Shown here piece after piece: positions 18,505 through 20,000 of a DNA stretch of 20,000 nucleotides. The stretch's first letter is position 1. Each line of letters begins with the position of its first letter. Below the pieces are notes generated by a model, which was not told where the DNA came from, ran no database searches, and saw only the letters and a program-made list of their open reading frames with translations. The position numbers and the translations under genes were made by a program. Source of the stretch: an uncultured virus (IMG/VR IMGVR_UViG_3300042544_003738) (lineage: Duplodnaviria > Heunggongvirae > Uroviricota > Caudoviricetes); the IMG/VR virus record IMGVR_UViG_3300042544_003738, positions 57,775-77,774 of that record. The stretch is one strand, 5' to 3'.

Positions 18505-18609
18505 TAATTTTAGCTGGGCGTGATCTAGTATGAATCTCAATGATCTTATTGATGATATTATTGGATCTGGAATAGGATACTTGTTGGACTGATAATAGTT
18601 CTGGGTATT

Positions 18610-18990
18610 TCGTTAGGGAGGAAGTCACACTTCTCCCCACCGGGAGGAGAAGTGTGAAAAGGCTTTCGTATAGGGCTTCGGCCTGCCTGTCTCGTCTTGG
18701 GAATTGCTTCCAGCTGGCGGAGAACCTATTTCCAGCGTTCCTGACTCTCTTCTCGGACTTATGCTCATGGAGCTGCCTTCTCGGTTATGTGCTCATCACA
18801 CACGCAGGGAATTCAGTCAGACAGGCTGTTGACTGAACCCCTTCCAGCGTCACGGGACAGTGAGAGGCTGGATCCTTTTTGTTCACTTTTGTGGCGAGGG
18901 CATAGAACCGTAAACCCTCATACGCAATTTTCCCCGGCCTTCGCGCCTGGTAGATACGGATGGACACTACACCATCATATAAAGCCACTA
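18610..18990 (-). ncRNA. Putative large structured non-coding RNA; family, strand and ends uncertain
   Basis: No credible ORF, more GC-rich than its flanks, and several stems: 18625-18657 (12 bp), 18812-18837, 18844-18871, 18896-18919. End-to-end GGCTTT/AAAGCC pairing (18661-18666 with 18981-18986). Confidence 0.55.
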
Positions 18991-19010
18991 TGTTTTAAAA
19001 ATATACTCTG

Positions 19011-19820
19011 TTATGCGTAGTTGCTGATTCTATAATTGCCTGGACTACGTGCTGTGCTGTCTAGATATTTCAAAAGATAATTGTTTTTTGTATTTTTGAA
19101 GTCAATTACCCAAGGTGTGTTGTATTCACAGAATCTACCACTCTCTTGCTTGACTATTGCTGTTGTCCATCGATTGTATTCGTTAAGGTTAAAATGCGGA
19201 ATAATAATGGGTTTTGTAGTTAACGGAGTCCAAATTTCTGTATGTTGTTCAGTGTTGTTGTATTTGTATTTGATTTCATTACGAGGGATCTGTGCATGAC
19301 GTTTGTTGCTGATTTCCAACTCACTCAAGCTGCTGGGTGGTGTCTTGTAAGCCACCTCAATTATATCGCTTGATTGGGGATGAGCCAAAATGTCTGCTTG
19401 CTCTTTGTAAAAATCAATAACTGCTCTAGCCATCTGTTTTTTGGCTTCTGGAATCATAATCCAGCGATTGGCTCCGGCAGATTCAAACATCATAATTTGC
19501 GCTTCGGTCAAAATTGTTTTTTGTGTGAGTCTGTCAAAAGCAACTGGAAAATAACTTTTCAGTTGTTCAGGCCATTCTTGAGGCTTTTTCACCAATTCGC
19601 GAATGTTGAGATTGTATTTGGCTAGATCACAAAAGAGTGATGCTTGATCGTGTGTGATGTTGAGAATAGTTTGTGGAAATGCTCTTACACGACTTCCAAA
19701 GGTTCCTACAAGGGTATTGTAAAATCCCAACTCTTGTCGGAAAAAACTATTGAGCCGATTTTGATCTACTGGATCAACTACAATAAAAATGCTGCGGTGT
19801 TGTGGCTTGTTGTGCTTCAT
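19011..19820 (-). CDS. Hypothetical 269-aa protein resembling the TnpB WED/REC region, with no RuvC
   Basis: Likely start MKHNKP at 19820, because the longer ORF overlaps the divergent gene. Motif order resembles IS605 OrfB N-termini, judged by eye. Confidence 0.5.
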   Translation of the reverse strand: MKHNKPQHRSIFIVVDPVDQNRLNSFFRQELGFYNTLVGTFGSRVRAFPQTILNITHDQASLFCDLAKYNLNIRELVKKPQEWPEQLKSYFPVAFDRLTQKTILTEAQIMMFESAGANRWIMIPEAKKQMARAVIDFYKEQADILAHPQSSDIIEVAYKTPPSSLSELEISNKRHAQIPRNEIKYKYNNTEQHTEIWTPLTTKPIIIPHFNLNEYNRWTTAIVKQESGRFCEYNTPWVIDFKNTKNNYLLKYLDSTARSPGNYRISNYA

Positions 19821-19844
19821 TTGAAATGCTCTTTTGTTATTTTG

Positions 19845-19873
19845 ATTATAGCCATCTAAAACTATAAAATCAA
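19845..19873 (-). promoter_or_regulatory. Sigma70-like promoter TTGATT-N17-TATAAT
   Basis: Perfect -10 box and 17-nt spacer, 24 nt upstream of ATG 19820. Confidence 0.7.
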
Positions 19874-19912
19874 AGACTTCCAGAGCTTTTTCTGGATTAC
19901 AGGAAAAAACAT

Positions 19913-20000
19913 ATGGCAGGGTCCAAAGGCAAGGCAAAAGGAAATGCAGGCGAATTACGGATAGCCAAGTTTCTCACAACGTTATATGAAGCCAAATTTA
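19913..20000 (+). CDS. N-terminus of a PD-(D/E)XK Holliday-junction-resolvase-like protein (partial)
   Basis: MAGSKGKAKGNAGELRIAKFLTTLYEAKF carries the K.KG...E..IA..L signature; SD AGGA. Confidence 0.6.
   Translation, partial: MAGSKGKAKGNAGELRIAKFLTTLYEAKF

Noticed and set aside
18616..18630. GGGAGGAAGTC resembling the RNase P GAGGAAAGUCC motif
   Set aside because: Imperfect match with no convincing 3' P4 partner.
18700..18850. Short repeats as a CRISPR or mini-array
   Set aside because: Only 2-3 short, degenerate copies with irregular spacing.
18900..18960. Minus-strand CCGTAT...TACGGTTCT resembling group II intron domain V
   Set aside because: No AGC/CGC triad in the right place, wrong length, and no interrupted gene.
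18443..19020. 60-77 aa ORFs in the non-coding gap
   Set aside because: No protein-like features or clear RBS; RNA structure explains the region better.
19879..19896. TCCAGA-N6-TCTGGA palindrome between divergent genes
   Set aside because: It could be an operator, but a single 6-bp inverted repeat is not distinguishable from chance.
19821..19937. Longer ORF-track starts (19937; likewise 5402, 3475, 7150)
   Set aside because: They overlap promoters or neighbouring genes; downstream starts have better SD or promoter context.

Overview
This window is the head and tail morphogenesis region of a large T4-like (jumbo-type) myophage. On the minus strand, read from high to low coordinates, it holds a tape-measure/hub-like gene, the portal (gp20) and a ~6 kb fibre cassette. 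The cassette has a beta-helix fibre, a small structural protein and three paralogous collagen-like proteins, one of them split in two, with a convergent 2OG-Fe(II) oxygenase. After it come a small ORF, an acidic prohead core protein, prohead protease (gp21), scaffold (gp22) and major capsid protein (gp23). Two free-standing Vsr/PD-(D/E)XK homing-endonuclease-like genes converge on the capsid gene. At the right end, a gp26-like gene is linked to an unannotated gp51-like ORF by a textbook -1 frameshift signal. A ~500-nt highly structured non-coding region follows. It lies directly downstream of a 269-aa minus-strand ORF that resembles the WED/REC half of TnpB but has no RuvC domain. The window ends in the start of a resolvase-like gene. 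A TAAATA late-promoter core recurs upstream of the late genes. The best candidates for new biology are (1) a RuvC-less TnpB-like protein with a large ncRNA, (2) heterotrimer-like collagen fibres with a candidate prolyl hydroxylase, (3) a split collagen gene with a structured in-frame spacer, and (4) the programmed frameshift. All family assignments come from reading motifs by eye; no searches were run.
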